DNA of 64,000 bases from Felis catus (taxonomy: Eukaryota). Below the pieces are notes generated by a model. It saw only the letters and a list, made by a program, of their open reading frames with translations, did no database searches and was not told the DNA's origin. A program made the translations under genes and the position numbers. Where the stretch lies: the NCBI RefSeq assembly GCF_018350175.1, contig NC_058368.1:193132001-193196000 (forward strand). The letters are read 5' to 3'. Within the stretch, counting starts at the first letter, position 1. Each line of letters begins with the position of its first letter. This document shows positions 23,911-37,186 of the stretch, one piece after another.

Positions 23911-24937
23911 TGCTACTGTTGGTGTTGTTTTCTGCTATTGTTTTCTATTGTTTTCTGTCCCTGCTACTGTTGCCTCTTTCAATTCTGATGGATGTTCCCC
24001 TTATCTGGCTTAGGTCTCAAAGTTAAGCATGTACAGTTCAACTACCAGTGGATGCCTCTTTCAAAAGCAAGATTGTTGGGTCAAAATCTGGTATCCTTAC
24101 AAGCAAGGGGAGAGGCCCAATTTTTTAAATAATTACTATTGTACTGAAATGAATCATTCCAAGGAGGGGGGCAGGTGGAAATATAACCCCTAAGCCGGGT
24201 ATACTCATTTTCTGATAAAATGCATTCTTCAAAGACTGGAAGTTCCAGCATCTCTGAGCAGTGGCTGGAATGAGACCCATCCCTTTTCTCCACCACCCCA
24301 GACTGTCTGTGTTTCTGCTCTACTGTGTCTCCCCTGCCCCAGTTAGGCTCCCGCCCCATGTACTACATTTCAGTAGCCTAGTTTAGTCCAATCCTCTCAA
24401 GCAGATAGAGGGAAGTGTTTTCAATTAGCAAGATCTCATTGCTGAGGGCACTAAGAGACAGTTCTTCTGGAGCAGAGAAACTAATTGAACGTATGTTGTG
24501 TATTTACTGGAGGAGGAAGCACCTCACTAGGGTTTTAGTGCTCTCGTACTTGCTGGCCTGGGGCCGCTCCAGCCATGAGCTCATCCTTCACAGCCACCTA
24601 GCCCAGCATCCCTCAGGATGTGTAAATCCCCTCTGCAATAGCCCTGGCAGTGGCTGTGCAGCCCCTGCACACACACACTGAGGGAGTGGCTCATCTACAA
24701 GGCAGCCCATTTCTTGCTTGGGCACCTCTGCTGTTAGATACTTGGAATTTGTTTTTTTCTTTTTTTTTTTTATGGTGAGTACGACTTTGAGGGCTGAACA
24801 CTCCTCCTTGTCATATTTTTCAAAATTCTCATTGTCATGGTCATTACTTTTTAATGTCCTTCTGTTTCTGTTTTTGCCCTCCCCTCCCCTCCAGACAAGT
24901 ATTAAAAGGCACAGAAATAAGAGAAGCAGTGGTGAAT

Positions 24938-25990
24938 TGATTCATTCCTTCACTTATTCGCTATTCAACAAACATTCATTAAATGTTTGCTGTTTACCAG
25001 GGGCGCCTGGGTGGCTCAGTTGGTTGAGCGTCCGACTTGGGCTCAGGTCACGATCTCATGGTTTGTGGGTTTGAGCCCGTGTTGGGCTCTGTGCTGACAG
25101 CTTGCTCAGAACCTAGAGCCTGCTTTGGATTCTGTGTCTCCTTCTTTTTCTTCCCCTCCCCTGCTCATGCTCTGTCTCCCTCTGTCTCTCAAAAATAAAT
25201 AAATATAAAGAAATAATTTTAAAAACTGTCTGCTATTTACCAGATACTCTTAAAGGATTGTCTGACAGACCAGGTTCCTAGTCTCATGGAACATTTTCTA
25301 GTAGACTGGACAGATGACAAACAAGTAAACCAACAAGATAATTATAGGGTGACAAGTTCTTGGGTAAAAATAAGGAGAAATGATCATGAGACCTGTGGTG
25401 TGTGTGTATAAGAGAGACTGGGATTGATTGGTTTTCCTCTACATGGAGTGGTCGGGAAAGGGTCCTTGGGGAGGTGATGTTTGGGCCTATATCTAAAAAA
25501 AGTAGGAAATATGCCATGCAAAGGATTGGAGACAGTAGAGAGAACAGGAGGGACGAAGACCTTAGGGTGGGAAGAGAGAGGTGTGCTGGATGGACTGAAA
25601 AAGCCCATTGAAGCAGAATCTTCAGGAGCAAGGGAGAGAAGGATGATGCAAGATGCTCATGGAGAAAGGAAGCTAGGGCCAGCACCAAAAGGCCTTGCAA
25701 ACTAAGGAAAGGAGTTTGGATTTTTTTTTTTTTATTCAGTAGGAAGTTTATTGGAGGCTTCTAATGGAGTTTAGTGGTATGATGTAAGTTTTAGAAAGAA
25801 CACTCTGAAAAAAAAGCACTCTGGTTATGTGTGGAGAATGAATTGCAGGGTGGAAAGGGGCTAGTGGGAGGACCAATGAGGAGCTATCACAGTACTTAGG
25901 TTATGGTCAAGAGGATGCATTTCAGCTATGTGCTTGGAGGCAGAAACACCAGGACTTGGTGATGAATTGGACATCTTGGGCAAAGGAAAG
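24938..25990 (-). mobile_element. L2 LINE 3' portion, interrupted by a SINE
   Basis: ttcattccttcacttattcgctattcaacaaacattcattaaatg (reverse of the L2 end), then L2 body (aaggagtttggatttt...ctctggttatgtgtggagaatg...caggacttggtgatgaattgga). Confidence 0.65.
25000..25225 (+). mobile_element. Can-SINE (SINEC_Fc type)
   Basis: ggggcgcctgggtggctcagttggttgagcgtccgact head, CT tract, A-tail; imperfect 16-bp TSD tgt(t/c)tgct(g/a)tttacca at 24984-24999 and 25227-25242. Confidence 0.93.
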
Positions 25991-26046
25991 AGTATCTTCT
26001 CTTTATCTCTTTATTTGAAATATATCAGAGGGATGTTTGGGTGCAG

Positions 26047-26398
26047 GTACCAGAGCCTGAATGTTTTCAGCCCCTCAAAATTCATTTGTGGAAATCCTAA
26101 CCCCCAATGCATTGGTATTAGGAAATGGGGCCTTTGGGATGTGATTAAGTCATGAGGTGGAACCCACATGAATGAGATTAGTGCCCTTCTAAAAGAAACC
26201 CCAGAGAGCTCCGGTGCCCTGTCCACCATGCAAGGACATAGAAGATAACCTGGGAAGCAGGCCCTCACCAGACACCAAATCTGCTGACATCTTGATCTCA
26301 GACTCTCCAGCCACTAGAACTAGAAGTAATAAATGTTTGTTGTTTAAGCCACCCTGTCTATGGTATTTTTGTTATAGCAACCTGAAGGGACTAAAACC
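26047..26398 (+). mobile_element. MaLR solo LTR, MLT1A-like
   Basis: ctgaatgtttt...caaaattcatttgtggaaatcctaaccccca...gaatgagattagtgccctt...aataaatgtttgttgtttaagccacc...tatttttgttatagca...gactaaaac. Confidence 0.85.
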
Positions 26399-27535
26399 CT
26401 GCAAAAGGAGAGAAAGAATCCATTAAACTGGACCTCCAAGGAGAGTGGGGGCAGCCTATTCCTGGAAGATATTTCAGTTTTAACCTGAAATCACGTCAAG
26501 ACATGGAAACTATATGGATGAATGCATAGAAGGTGCCAGAAGAGGTCTCAGCCACCCTTTTTATGCACAGATGAGTTAGTAGGGAATAGAAAAAACTAAA
26601 GTCACAAAGCAAGTTAGTGGCAGTGCCAAGACTAGAATCAAGTCCTGCTATCTGAGCTTGTGCTGTTTCTTGGACCAGGGTATTAAAGGTCACAAAAATG
26701 AGGCATCTAGGAGGATCTAAGGTGTTTTGGTCATTTGATGGGATAATAATGGGAAAAAAATAGAATGATTTTCATCTAGTTTATTCCTTTTTCTTAAATT
26801 CTTTATGGTTTCCCATTGTACACTATACTCCAAGCTTGACAAGGGTAGGAATGACCTCTATTCTATACACTTACCAGCTGGTTCCATTTCGGTATGTTTT
26901 AGGTACTCAGTAAATGCTGATGAATGAATGAATACATGTTTCAGAAGTTGAGCTCATCCACAGGTATTTTCCAAGGAAATCCTTCCTGCTGATTAAATGT
27001 TTATCTTATTTTGGGCTGGTATCCCAATAGGCTATTCAGGCAAGGGATCAGATTATCCTGCTCCATTCCACACTAGTTGCGTGACATTTTGGAGACATTC
27101 CTTAAGTCATACTTTGAAGAATGTTAGAAATTGGGTGGTTGGAGATCTTGAAACAATATTGAAAGTTGTTAAAATATCTGAGGACATTAAGCCTGAGGTA
27201 GAGCCAAGAAAGAGTTTGATATTCAGAAGGCTGTCTTATTAAAATTGTCTGACTTAATTTGGGGGTGGGCATCCCAGATAGTAGAATGAGGACCAATGCC
27301 TCCCATTTTCAGGAAGAAGGAAAGATTCTAATTCCAGTAAGGGTGAACAAAAAAGCATAACCATTTGAAAATTAAATGGACTTTCTAGACTGAGGTAGAA
27401 TAGTGAATTGGTTGATAATGGAATGCATTCTTGTCAAGAATGTTGTTAAGGGAGATGTCTGATTTTATGGAGGCTGGAGTAGATTTCTTCTCATTTTTTC
27501 CAACCTGAGATTCTAAGGTATTTCTAGAAAGTTGG

Positions 27536-27660
27536 TATTCATTCATTCATTCATTCATTCATTCATTCATCACCTACTCTGTGTCAGGCTCAGTGATGAA
27601 TATAAACTGGTGAATAAAACACACCCGGTCTCTGTACTTTTGAGTTTATAAACCAGTAGG
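27536..27660 (-). mobile_element. L2 3' terminus with expanded (TCAT)n
   Basis: (attc)n followed by cacctactctgtgtcaggc. Confidence 0.65.
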
Positions 27661-28198
27661 ATAAAGAGATTGTCCATTTGTTCCCCCACAGTGCTACAGG
27701 CCTCTTGATCATAAAACCTTCTAAATGGCACAAAATATCTTCAAACATTCCTCTTTATTAGAGCTAAATCCAGTGCCAAATAGAAATCCAGAAAACCCCA
27801 ACTAGAACTGTAATGGTAGAAAGCACAGGAAGCTGTAACTTTCATCTTCCTACAAATGAAGTTCTCCTCCGCCCTGTTCCTTCTCAGTTTGTCTCAGCCA
27901 AGAGCAATCTCTGTCTACAAGTAGCTTTCAGTGACAATTATAGTGAATGTTGTTCCAAGAACCATCTTTGCTAGAGTCAGGGCACATGGTAGTGTTTTGG
28001 GGGCTTTTTTTTTTTTTTGAGAATAGTGACATTGGGGATATGTAGGATCCTCTGGTAAAGCTTTCCTCTTTGGCACTGTCCTCTAGGCCTGGGGTGTGTT
28101 TGAATAAGGCAGCCAAATCTCATTAGAAATAAAGAGATGGGTCAAGCATGCACTAGTTCCTTCTGAGCTTAGTATAGTTGCCAGAATCTTTTCTTTCT

Positions 28199-28266
28199 CT
28201 TATTTTATTTTATTTTATTTTATTTTATTTTATTTTATTTTATTTTATTTTATTTTATTTTATTTT
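28199..28266. repeat. (TTTTA)n pentanucleotide microsatellite
   Basis: Direct reading. Confidence 0.95.
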
Positions 28267-28879
28267 TCATTTCATCTTGAGCACATTCAAAATATGTCCC
28301 CTTGAAAGGGAGTTGCCCCGGTGGGCAACTGCATGAAGCAGAGAAGAGGTTCATGAAGTGTCTGTCTACTCCATTCATTCTCACTGTTTCTTAAAGCTGC
28401 TTTCTTGATGAGGAAGATAGTTTTTTTCTAGTTTCTCTTGGCCTGGTTCAATTTATTCCTTAAGTCGTACTCATCAATAAATAGGGCTTGAGTTATAGGC
28501 TGAGATTCTTTAAATCTTTTTTAGGCAATTCTCATCATGTCCATTAAGTGATAGGTGATCCCTTATTGGCGCTTACTAACTCTAAACCCTAAAAATGTAT
28601 CTAACTTATGATCTGTCCAGATCTCCAGCCTCAGGCTTTCTCTCTTTCTCTGTCTCCTGAGAGGCTCAGACTTGCTTTTCATCAGGAATACTCATTCAGT
28701 AATTGCATTTATCTTTGACCAACAGTGCTTAGAGTTCATGGATAACAAAGAGTAAGAATATATTTACAGCACTCTATATGTTACCTTATGTGAAAATTTT
28801 AAAGAATTTATTTTGACAGCAGCACTTAAAACCAGGTATTGTGTAGAATGACATTTATCATTCCACAAACATTTCTTGG

Positions 28880-29110
28880 CTGCTGTGAGAGTGTAGTGGT
28901 AGGTAGGCAGGTTTTGGAGTCAGAACAGTTCAAATCTTCATCCTTTTCCACCTATGTGCTTTGGAATAAGGCACTAGCCACTCTGAGTGTCAGCAACCCA
29001 ATCTGTATAACATGGCTAATAATGGCATCTGCCTCAAAGAGGATTAAATAAGATAATATATATTCAATGTTTGACATATAGTAAGCATGTAATACATGTA
29101 AGTGTTAAAA
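28880..29110 (+). mobile_element. MIR SINE
   Basis: ttttggagtcagaacagttcaaatc...ctctgagtgtcagc...atctgtataacatggctaataatggcatctgcctcaaagaggattaaatagataata. Confidence 0.65.
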
Positions 29111-29718
29111 CGTTGTACCTATACCAGGAATATAGGTACCTTCTTGCCATGGATCCTGGAGTAACTGAGTTGGAGCAAAGGCTAAAGGAAATGAATCCCT
29201 AGTACAAATTGAGCATGGTGTTACTAATTATAAGTATCTTTTCTCCAAATATTTTCTTGTTTATCTCTACTTCCATCTTTGTACTGCCCTGGGTCTTCTC
29301 ATAGATATTGAACCCCATCTGTTCTCACTTATATTCAGTTGCTATTTAGAATATAAGCGTTAATTATCTCCTTAACACCTCACTGCTACTAATTCTGAGC
29401 ACTCTGTGTTCTTGGTTCCTTTGGTTTATACCATCTGCCCAGAGTCCCATATCACTTGTCTTTATTATCTCTTGTGTTTTGGTGGTTCTTGACTCTCTTT
29501 TAAACACAATATATTTGGAATAACTTCCTCTATTTTTAAAATATTTTTTTCTGATTATAAAAGTAATTCTTATAAAAATTGGAATAATACAGGGAAAACA
29601 GCCTGTTTCGTAACCTTTCCACCAAGACAGAACAAAGATATATATGTTAAATATATTTTCTTCTAGTCCTTTTATCCCTATGAGCCTCTATATGTGTTTT
29701 AAACTTAGGAGCATATCA

Positions 29719-30118
29719 TGTATCAGATGAGAGCTGACTATAAGTATCAAAATAACCAACTCAAACTGGCTAGTAAAATGAGGAGATTAGTTCACATAAC
29801 TGAAAATCCAAAGGTAGAGTAGAATTTAGGATTATCTTAATCCAGTGTTTCTGCCTTCATTTTGTGTAATTCTCTCAGCTCCATCATCTTCTGCTTCAAC
29901 TAATAAAGCATGGCTTTAGCAATCCCAGGCACTGTATCTATACACAAAAAGTCCAGGGGAATAGGTGCTCTTTCTAAAAACCCCATTAAGTGTAGAAACC
30001 CCTATCCAAAAGTTACCAGCAAACTTTCCTTCCCATCTCATTGCCCCCAATTAAGCAATGTGCCCACCCCTGAATCAAGACTGTAAAGGGAGATCAATTT
30101 ACCATAATTGGCCTGGAT
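29719..30118 (-). mobile_element. MaLR LTR, MLT1J/K-like remnant
   Basis: aaccaactcaaactggct...ttcacataactgaaaatccaaaggtag...ccagcaaactttccttcccatctcattg...atgtgcccacccctgaatcaa. Confidence 0.6.
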
Positions 30119-30298
30119 CAGTGGTTCTCATATTTGAGTGTGCTTCAGAATCCCCTTGGGGGCTGGTAAAAATTCAGATTTGGGGTTTACTCCAGTGTTT
30201 CTGATTCAGCAGATCAAGGTGAAGTGATTTGCATTTATAACAAGTTTCCAGGCGATGCTCATGTTGCTGGTCCAGAGACCACGTGTTGAAAACCACTG
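30119..30298. mobile_element. MER5A/B hAT element, complete
   Basis: Terminal inverted repeats cagtggttctca...tgaaaaccactg; 8-bp flanks gcctggat/gcttagat (6 of 8 match), as expected for a hAT TSD. Confidence 0.85.
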
Positions 30299-30449
30299 GC
30301 TTAGATAAATTTGAGCCCCTTTTCGGAAATGGTTTCAATTTCCGCAAATACTTTGTGGCCATGCAAAATAGGAAGGATGAACTGGATAGTGGAGAGAAAA
30401 TCTAGGTGTTCACTACATCCTTGGATATTTCTCCCATGTCATATTTTTT

Positions 30450-30660
30450 TTAAATGTGTGGATTTCACTAGTAAAATAAACCATGGTACTTCCTTATAAT
30501 GGAATATTACAAACCAGTCTTCTCATGTTGGGCATTGGTGGTTTTACGATTTTAGTATTTTGCTGTTATAAATTACACAGGAATATCAATGTACAGAATC
30601 ACTTGTGTGCTGTTCTGATTATTACCCTAGGATACATTCTTAGAAGTAGAATTGCCCTTC
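30450..30660 (-). mobile_element. Ancient L1M fragment
   Basis: gttgggcatt...ttttgctgttataaat...ccctaggatacattcttagaagtagaattgc is the reverse of the L1 ORF2 C-terminal region. Confidence 0.55.
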
Positions 30661-30996
30661 TAGTTATTCTTATCTCACTGACTCAGGGCTCTTTTTTTTT
30701 TTTTTTTTCAAGTGAATAAATGTTCCATTTTTTTTTTCCCTAGCTTTCTTACAGGAGCAGATTTTATATCCTGCATACATTGAAATTTTCTCACAGAACA
30801 GAACCGTTTGGGGACAGGATGGGAGGAAGGACGGGATGACTCAGTGAGTGAAATGAGCAGGTGAAAGGTCCAGACATTTGTGAGTGTGGGGCTTGCTCAG
30901 GGAGCAGGAAACCCTGAATGAGGATTTGTGGAGTAGGGGCAGTTAAGGTGGGAAAGGAGACTTGGGACAGTTGGAGCTTGAATTTTTCCTTTTGGG

Positions 30997-31400
30997 TTGT
31001 GTTTCCTAGATTTCAGTCATTTGCTATACCATTTTTACATTTTTTTTCGTATCTATGTCCCACCCGTGTTATTATAAAAGTTTTTAGTCAACTCAAATTA
31101 ATTTACTTTTTGTAGAAACTTTATATATCTAAGGTTAATAGAAAACCATTATTAGTTACTATAAATAGAAACTCATCATATTTATAACAATGTTATTAAA
31201 TTCTAATTCAATAATGCTGCCCACTACAGACTCTGAACTACAAAATGCTCTCTTTTTGTTGTGGAAGAGATAAGCATCTATTAAGAGTTGCTAAAGACAT
31301 ACTATATCCAACTAGGAACTCTTGCCTTGATATCAACAGAAAGATAAAGGGACAGATAGCAAAGAAAATAACTTTCTTATGGTGTGAATGAATGTTATTT
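30997..31400. mobile_element. MER113-like hAT element, left part (continues at 38519-38586 beyond the L1)
   Basis: ttcagtcatttgctatacc...gaaactttatat...aacaatgttattaaattcta...aaagacatacta...aataactttct...aatgttattt resembles MER113 as I recall it; the remainder ends ...agggcactg after the L1. Confidence 0.65.
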
Positions 31401-31709
31401 TTATTTTTTAATACTTTATTTTTTAATTTACATATTTGTTTTTAAATTTACATCCAAGTTAGTTAGCATATAGTACTATAATGATTTCAGGAGTAGATTC
31501 CAGTGATTTATCCCCTATGTATAACACCCATCGCCCATCCCAACAAGTGTCCTCCCTAATGCCCTTACCCATTTAGCCCATCCACCCTGCCACAACCCCT
31601 CCAACAACCCTCTCTGTTCTCCATATCTAAGAGTCTTTTATATTTTGTCCCCCTCCCTGATTTTATAGTAGTTTTGCTTCCCTTCCCTTATGTTCATCTG
31701 TTTTGTATC

Positions 31710-31851
31710 TTAAAGTCCTCATGTGAGTGAAGTCATGTGATGTTTATCTTTCTCTGACTGGCTAATTTCTCTTAGCATAATACCCTCTAGTTCCATCCAT
31801 GTAGTTGCAAATGGAAAGATTTCATTCTTTTTGACTGCTGAGTAATACTCC

Positions 31852-31891
<40 letters not shown>

Positions 31892-34800
31892 ACATCTTTT
31901 ATACCCCTTTTATCCATTCATCCATCAGTGGACATTTGGACTCTTTCCATACATTGGCTATTGTCGATAGCACTGCTATAAATATTGGGGTGCATGTGCC
32001 CCTTTGTAACAGCATACCCGTATCCCTTGGATAAATACCTAGTAGTGCAATTGCTGGGTCATAGGGTAGTTCTATTTTTAATTTTTTGAGGAACCTCCAT
32101 AGTGTTGTCCAGAGTAGCTGCACCAGTTTGCAGTCCCACCAGCAGTGCAAAAGAAATCCTCTTCCTCCACATCTTTGCCAACATCTGTTGCTGCCTCAGT
32201 TGTTAATATTAGCCATTCTGACTGGTGTGAGGTGGTATCTCATTGTGGTTTTGATTTGTATTTCCCTGATGATGAGGGATGTTGAGCATTTTTTCATGTG
32301 TCTGTTGGACATCAGGATGTCTTCTTTGGAGAAGTGTCTATTCATGTCTTTTACCCATTTCTTCACTAGATTATTTGTTTTTTGGGGGTGTTGAATTTGA
32401 GAAGTTCTTTATAGATTTTGGATACTAACCCTTTATCTGATATGTCATTTGCAAATATCTTCTCCCATTCCGTCTCCCCTTCTGATTGCCTTTTAGTTTT
32501 GCTGATTGTTTCCTTCAGTGTGCAGAAGCTTTTTATTTTGGCGAGGTCCCAATAGTTCATTTTTGCTTTTGTTTCCCTTGCCTCCAGTGACGTGTTTGCT
32601 GTGGCCAAGGTCAAAGAGATTTTTGCCTGCTTTCTTCTTGAGGATTTTGATGGCTTCCTGTCTTACGTTCATCCATTTTGAGTTTATTTTTGTGTATGGT
32701 TTAAGAAAGTGGTCCAGGTTCATTATTCTGCATGTCACTGTCCAGTTTTCCCAGCACCACTTGCTGAAGAGGCTGTCTTTATTCCATTGGATGTTCTTTC
32801 CTGCTTTGTCAAAGGTTAGTTGGTCATACGTTTGTGGATCCATTTCTGGGTTCTCTATTCTTTTCCATTGATCTGAATGTCTGTTCTTGTGCCAGTACCA
32901 TACTGTCTTTATGATTACAGCTTTGGAGTATAGCTTGAAGTCTGGGATTGTGATGCCTCCTGCTTTGGTTTTCTTTTTCAAGATCGCTTTGGCTATTCAG
33001 GGTCTTTTCTGGTTCCATACAAATTTTAGGAGTATTTGTTCTAGCTCTGTGAAGAATGCTGGTGTTATTTTGATAAGGATTGCATTGAATATGTAGATTG
33101 CTTTGGGTAGTATCGACATTTTAACAATATTTATTCTTCCAATCGAGGAGCATGGAATCTTTTTCCATTTTTTTTGTGTCTTCTTCAATTTCTTTCATAA
33201 GCTTTCTATAGTTTTCAGTGTATAGATTTTTCACCTCTTTGGTTAGATTTATTCCTAGGTATTTTATGTTTTTTTGTGCAACTGTAAATGGGATTGATTC
33301 CTTGGTTTCTCTTTCTGTCACTTCATTGTTGGTATATAGGAATGCAACTGATTTCTGTGCATTGAATTTATATCCTGCAACTTTGCTGAATTCATGAATC
33401 AATTCTAGCAGTTTTTTGGTGGGATCTTTTGGGTTTTCCATATAGAGTATCATGTCATCTGTGAAGAGTGAAAGTTTGACCTCCTCCTGGCCGATTTGGA
33501 TGCCTTTTATTTCTTTGTGTTGTCTGATTGCAGAGGCTAATACTTCCAATACTATGTTGAATAACAGTGGTGAGAGTGGACATCCCTGTCTTGTTCCTGA
33601 CCTTAGGGGGAAAGCTCTCAGTTTTTCCCCATTGAGGATGATATTAGCGTGGGGTCATTCATATGTGGCTTTTATGATCTCTAGGTATGCTCCTTCTGTC
33701 CCTACTTTTGTGAGGGCTTTTAACAAGAAAGGATGCTGTATTTTGTCAAATGCTTTCTTTGCATCTATTGAGAAGATCATATGGTTCTTGTACTTTCTTT
33801 TGTTAATGTGATGAATCACGTTAATTGTTTTATGGATATTGAACCAGCCCTGCATCCCAGATATAAATCCCGCTTGGTTTTGGTGAATAATTTGTTAAAT
33901 GTATTGTTGGAGCCAGTTGGCTAATATCTTGTTGAGTATTTTTGCATCGTGTTCATCAGGGAAATTGGTCTATAGTTCTCCTTTTTAGTGGGGTCTCTGT
34001 CTGGTTTTGGAATCAAGGTAATGCTGGCTTCATAGAAAGAGTTTGGAAGTTTTCCTTCCATTTCTATTTTTTGGAACAGCTTCAAGAGAATAGGTGTTAA
34101 CTCTTCCTTAAATGTGTGGTAGAATTCTCCTGGAAAGCCATCTGGCCCTGGACTCTTGTTTTTTGGCAGATTTTTGATTACTAATTCAATTTCCTTACTG
34201 GTTATGGGTCTGTTCAAATTTTCTATTGCTTCCTGTTTCAGTTTTGGTAGTGTATATGTTTCTAGGAATTTGTCAATTTCTTCCAGATTGCCCATTTTAT
34301 TGGCATGTAATTGCTCATAATATTCTCTTACTATTGTTTTTATTTCTGCTGTGTTGGTTGTAATCTCTCCTCTTTCATCCTTGATTTTATTTATTTGGGT
34401 CCTTTCCTTTTCCTTTTTGATCAAACTAGCTAGTAGTGTATCAATTTTGTTAATTATTTCAAAGAACCAGCTTCTGGTTTCATTGATCTGTTCTACTGTT
34501 GTTTTTTGGTTTTGTTTTGTTTTGTTTTGTTTTGATAGCATTAATTTCTGCTCTAATCTTTATTATTTCCTGTCTTCTGCTGGTTTTGGGTTCTATTTGC
34601 TGTTCTTTTTCCAGCTCCTTAAGGTGTAAGGTTAGGTTGTGTATCTGAGATCTTTCTTCTTTCTTTAGGAGGGCCTGGGTTGCTATATACTTTCCTCTTG
34701 TGACCACATTTGCTGTGTCCCAGACATTTTGGGTTGTGGTGTTATCATTTCCAATGACTTCCATATACTTTTAAATTTCCTCTTTAACTGCTTGGTTAGC

Positions 34801-35578
34801 CCATTCATTCTTTAGTAGGATGTTCTTCAGTCTCCAAGTATTTGTTACCTTTCCAATTTTTTTCTTGTGGTTGACTTCGAGTTTCATAACGTTGTGGTCT
34901 GAAAATATGCACAGTATGATCTCAATCTTGTTGTATTTACTTAGGGCTGATTTGTGTCCCAGTATGTGGTCTATTCTGGAGAACGTTCCATGTGCACTGG
35001 AGAAGAATGTATATTCTGCTGCTTTAGGATGAAATGTTCTGAATATATCTGTTAAGTCCATCTGGTCCAGTGTGTCATTAGCCACTGTTTCCTTGTTGAT
35101 TTTTTGATTAGATGATCTGTCCATTGCTGTGAGTGAGTGGGGTGTTGAAGTCTCCTACTATTATGGTATTACTATCAATGAGTTTCTTTATGTTTGTGAC
35201 TAATTGATTAATATATTTGGTTGCTTCACATTTGGTGCATAAATGTTTACAATTGTTAGGACTTCTTGGTGGATAGACCCGTTGTTTATGATATAATGCC
35301 CTTCTACATCCATTGATACAGTCTTTATTTTAAAGTCTAGATTGTCTGATACAAGTATGGCTACTCCAGCTTTCTTTTGTTGACTGTTAGCATGACAGAT
35401 TGTTCTCCATTCCCTTATTTTCAATCTGAAGGTGTCTTTAGGTCTAAAATGGGTCTCTTGTAAACAGCATGTAGATGGATCTTGTTTTCTTATCCATTCT
35501 GTTACCCTATCTTTTGATTGGAGCATTCAGTACATTGACATTTAGAGTGAGTACTGAAAGATATGAATTTATTGTCAT
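31710..35578 (-). pseudogene. LINE-1 ORF2 (endonuclease / reverse transcriptase), fragmented
   Basis: Minus-strand ORF pieces carry [33 protein letters not shown] (degenerate YADD box) and HCWWDC, separated by many frameshifts and stops. Confidence 0.93.
31855..31892. repeat. (CA)n microsatellite within the L1 ORF2 3' end
   Basis: Direct reading. Confidence 0.95.
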
Positions 35579-35699
35579 TATGATGCTGTAGAGTTGAAGT
35601 TTCTGATGGTGTTCTCTCGTCCTTTCTAGTCTTTGTTGCTTTTGGTCTTGTTTTTTGTTGTTGTTGTTGTTTATTTTTGTTTTGTTTTGTTTTTGTTTT

Positions 35700-36585
35700 T
35701 TTTTCTTTTTTTGTCTTTTCTCCCCCTTAAAATTTCTTGCTGGGCTGGTTTAGTGGTCACAAACTCCTTTAGTTTTTGTTTATCTGGGAAACTTTTAATC
35801 TCTCCTATTTTGAATGACAGCCTTGGTGGATAAAAAATTCTTGGCTGCATGTTTTTCTGATTCAGCACATTGAATATATCCTACCACTACTTTCTGGCCT
35901 GCCAAGTTTCTGTGGATAGGTCTGCTGCAAACCTGATCTGTCTTCCTTGTAGGTTAGGGACTTTATTCCCTTGCTGCTTTCATGATTCTTTCCTTGCCTG
36001 AGTATTTGTGAATTTGACTATGATATGCCTTGCTGATGGTCAGTTTTTGTTGAATCTAATGGGGGTCCTCTGTGCTTCCTGGATTTTGATGTCTGTGTCT
36101 TTCCCCAGGTTAGGAACGTTTTCTGGTATGCTTTGCTCACATAATCTTTCTATCCCTATTTCTCTCTCTTCCTCTTCTGGGACCCCTATGGTTCTTATGT
36201 TGTTCCTTTTTAACCGAGTCACTGATTTCTCTAATTCTTAAATTGTGCTCTTTTGCCTTAATCTCTTTTTTTCTGCTTCATTATTCTCTATACATTTTTA
36301 CTCTATATTGCTGATTCTCTGTTCTGCCTCATCCATCCTTGCTGCTGCTGCATCCATCTGTGATTGCAGCTCAGTTATAGCATTCTTAATTTCATTCCAG
36401 CCAATTTTTGCTTCTTTTATCTCTGCAGAAAGGGATTCTAATCTATTTTTGACTCCAGCTAGTATTCTTATTATTGTGATTCTAAATTCTGGTTCAGACA
36501 TCTTGCTTGTATCTGTGTTGGTTAAATCCCTGGCTGTTGTTTCTTTGTGCTCTTTCTTTTGGGGTGAATTCCTTCATTTTGTCAT
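35700..36585 (-). pseudogene. LINE-1 ORF1 (RNA-binding protein), fragmented
   Basis: ATG at 36585; pieces MSEPEFRITIIRILAG, NNIRTIGVPEEEE and KNMQPRIFYPPRLSFKI. Confidence 0.9.
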
Positions 36586-36750
36586 TTTGAAGGGAGAAAA
36601 GGAATTAATGAAGTAGAAAAATTAAAAAAATTAAAATTAAAAATACACACACACACAAATTGAATAAATGATGCTAGATCCTAGGTGTGTTTTGGTCTGG
36701 GTGTTGAAAGTGGTTTGACAGATTAGAGGAAAAAAAGGGGAGGAGGTAAA

Positions 36751-37186
36751 GGAAATCGTTTGAGAATTTGAAAAAATGAATACACTGAAGTAGACTAAAA
36801 TGAGGTGATGGGAGTAAAATAGAATTTGAAAAAATTTACACAGAAGTAAAGAATATAGTAAAAAAATTAAAGAAAAATATTTTTAATAAAAATTAAAAAT
36901 AAAAATGATTTTTTTCTCTTTCTGTATTTAAGAAAAAGAAAAGAAACAAAAAAAAGAGAAAAAAAGAAGGAAATCGTTTGAGAATTTGAAAAAGTGAATA
37001 CACTGTAGTAGACTAAAATAAAATGATGGAAGCAAAAGAATTTGAAAAAAATGTACACAAAAGTAAAAAATATAGTAAAAAAATTAAAGAAAAATATGTT
37101 TAAGAAAAATTGAGAATAAAAATGAATTTTTCTTTTTCTGTATTCAATAAAAAGAAAAGAAATGGAAAAGAGGGAAAAAAAGAAAG
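36751..37186. repeat. Tandem duplication, 2 x ~218 bp AT-rich unit, in the L1 5'UTR
   Basis: ggaaatcgtttgagaatttgaaaaa..tgaatacactg.agtagactaaaat... starts at 36751 and again at 36969. Confidence 0.9.

Noticed and set aside
36751..37186. Repeat array as a CRISPR-like or other prokaryotic system
   Set aside because: Only two head-to-tail units with no unique spacers, inside a mammalian L1 5'UTR; no cas-like ORFs.
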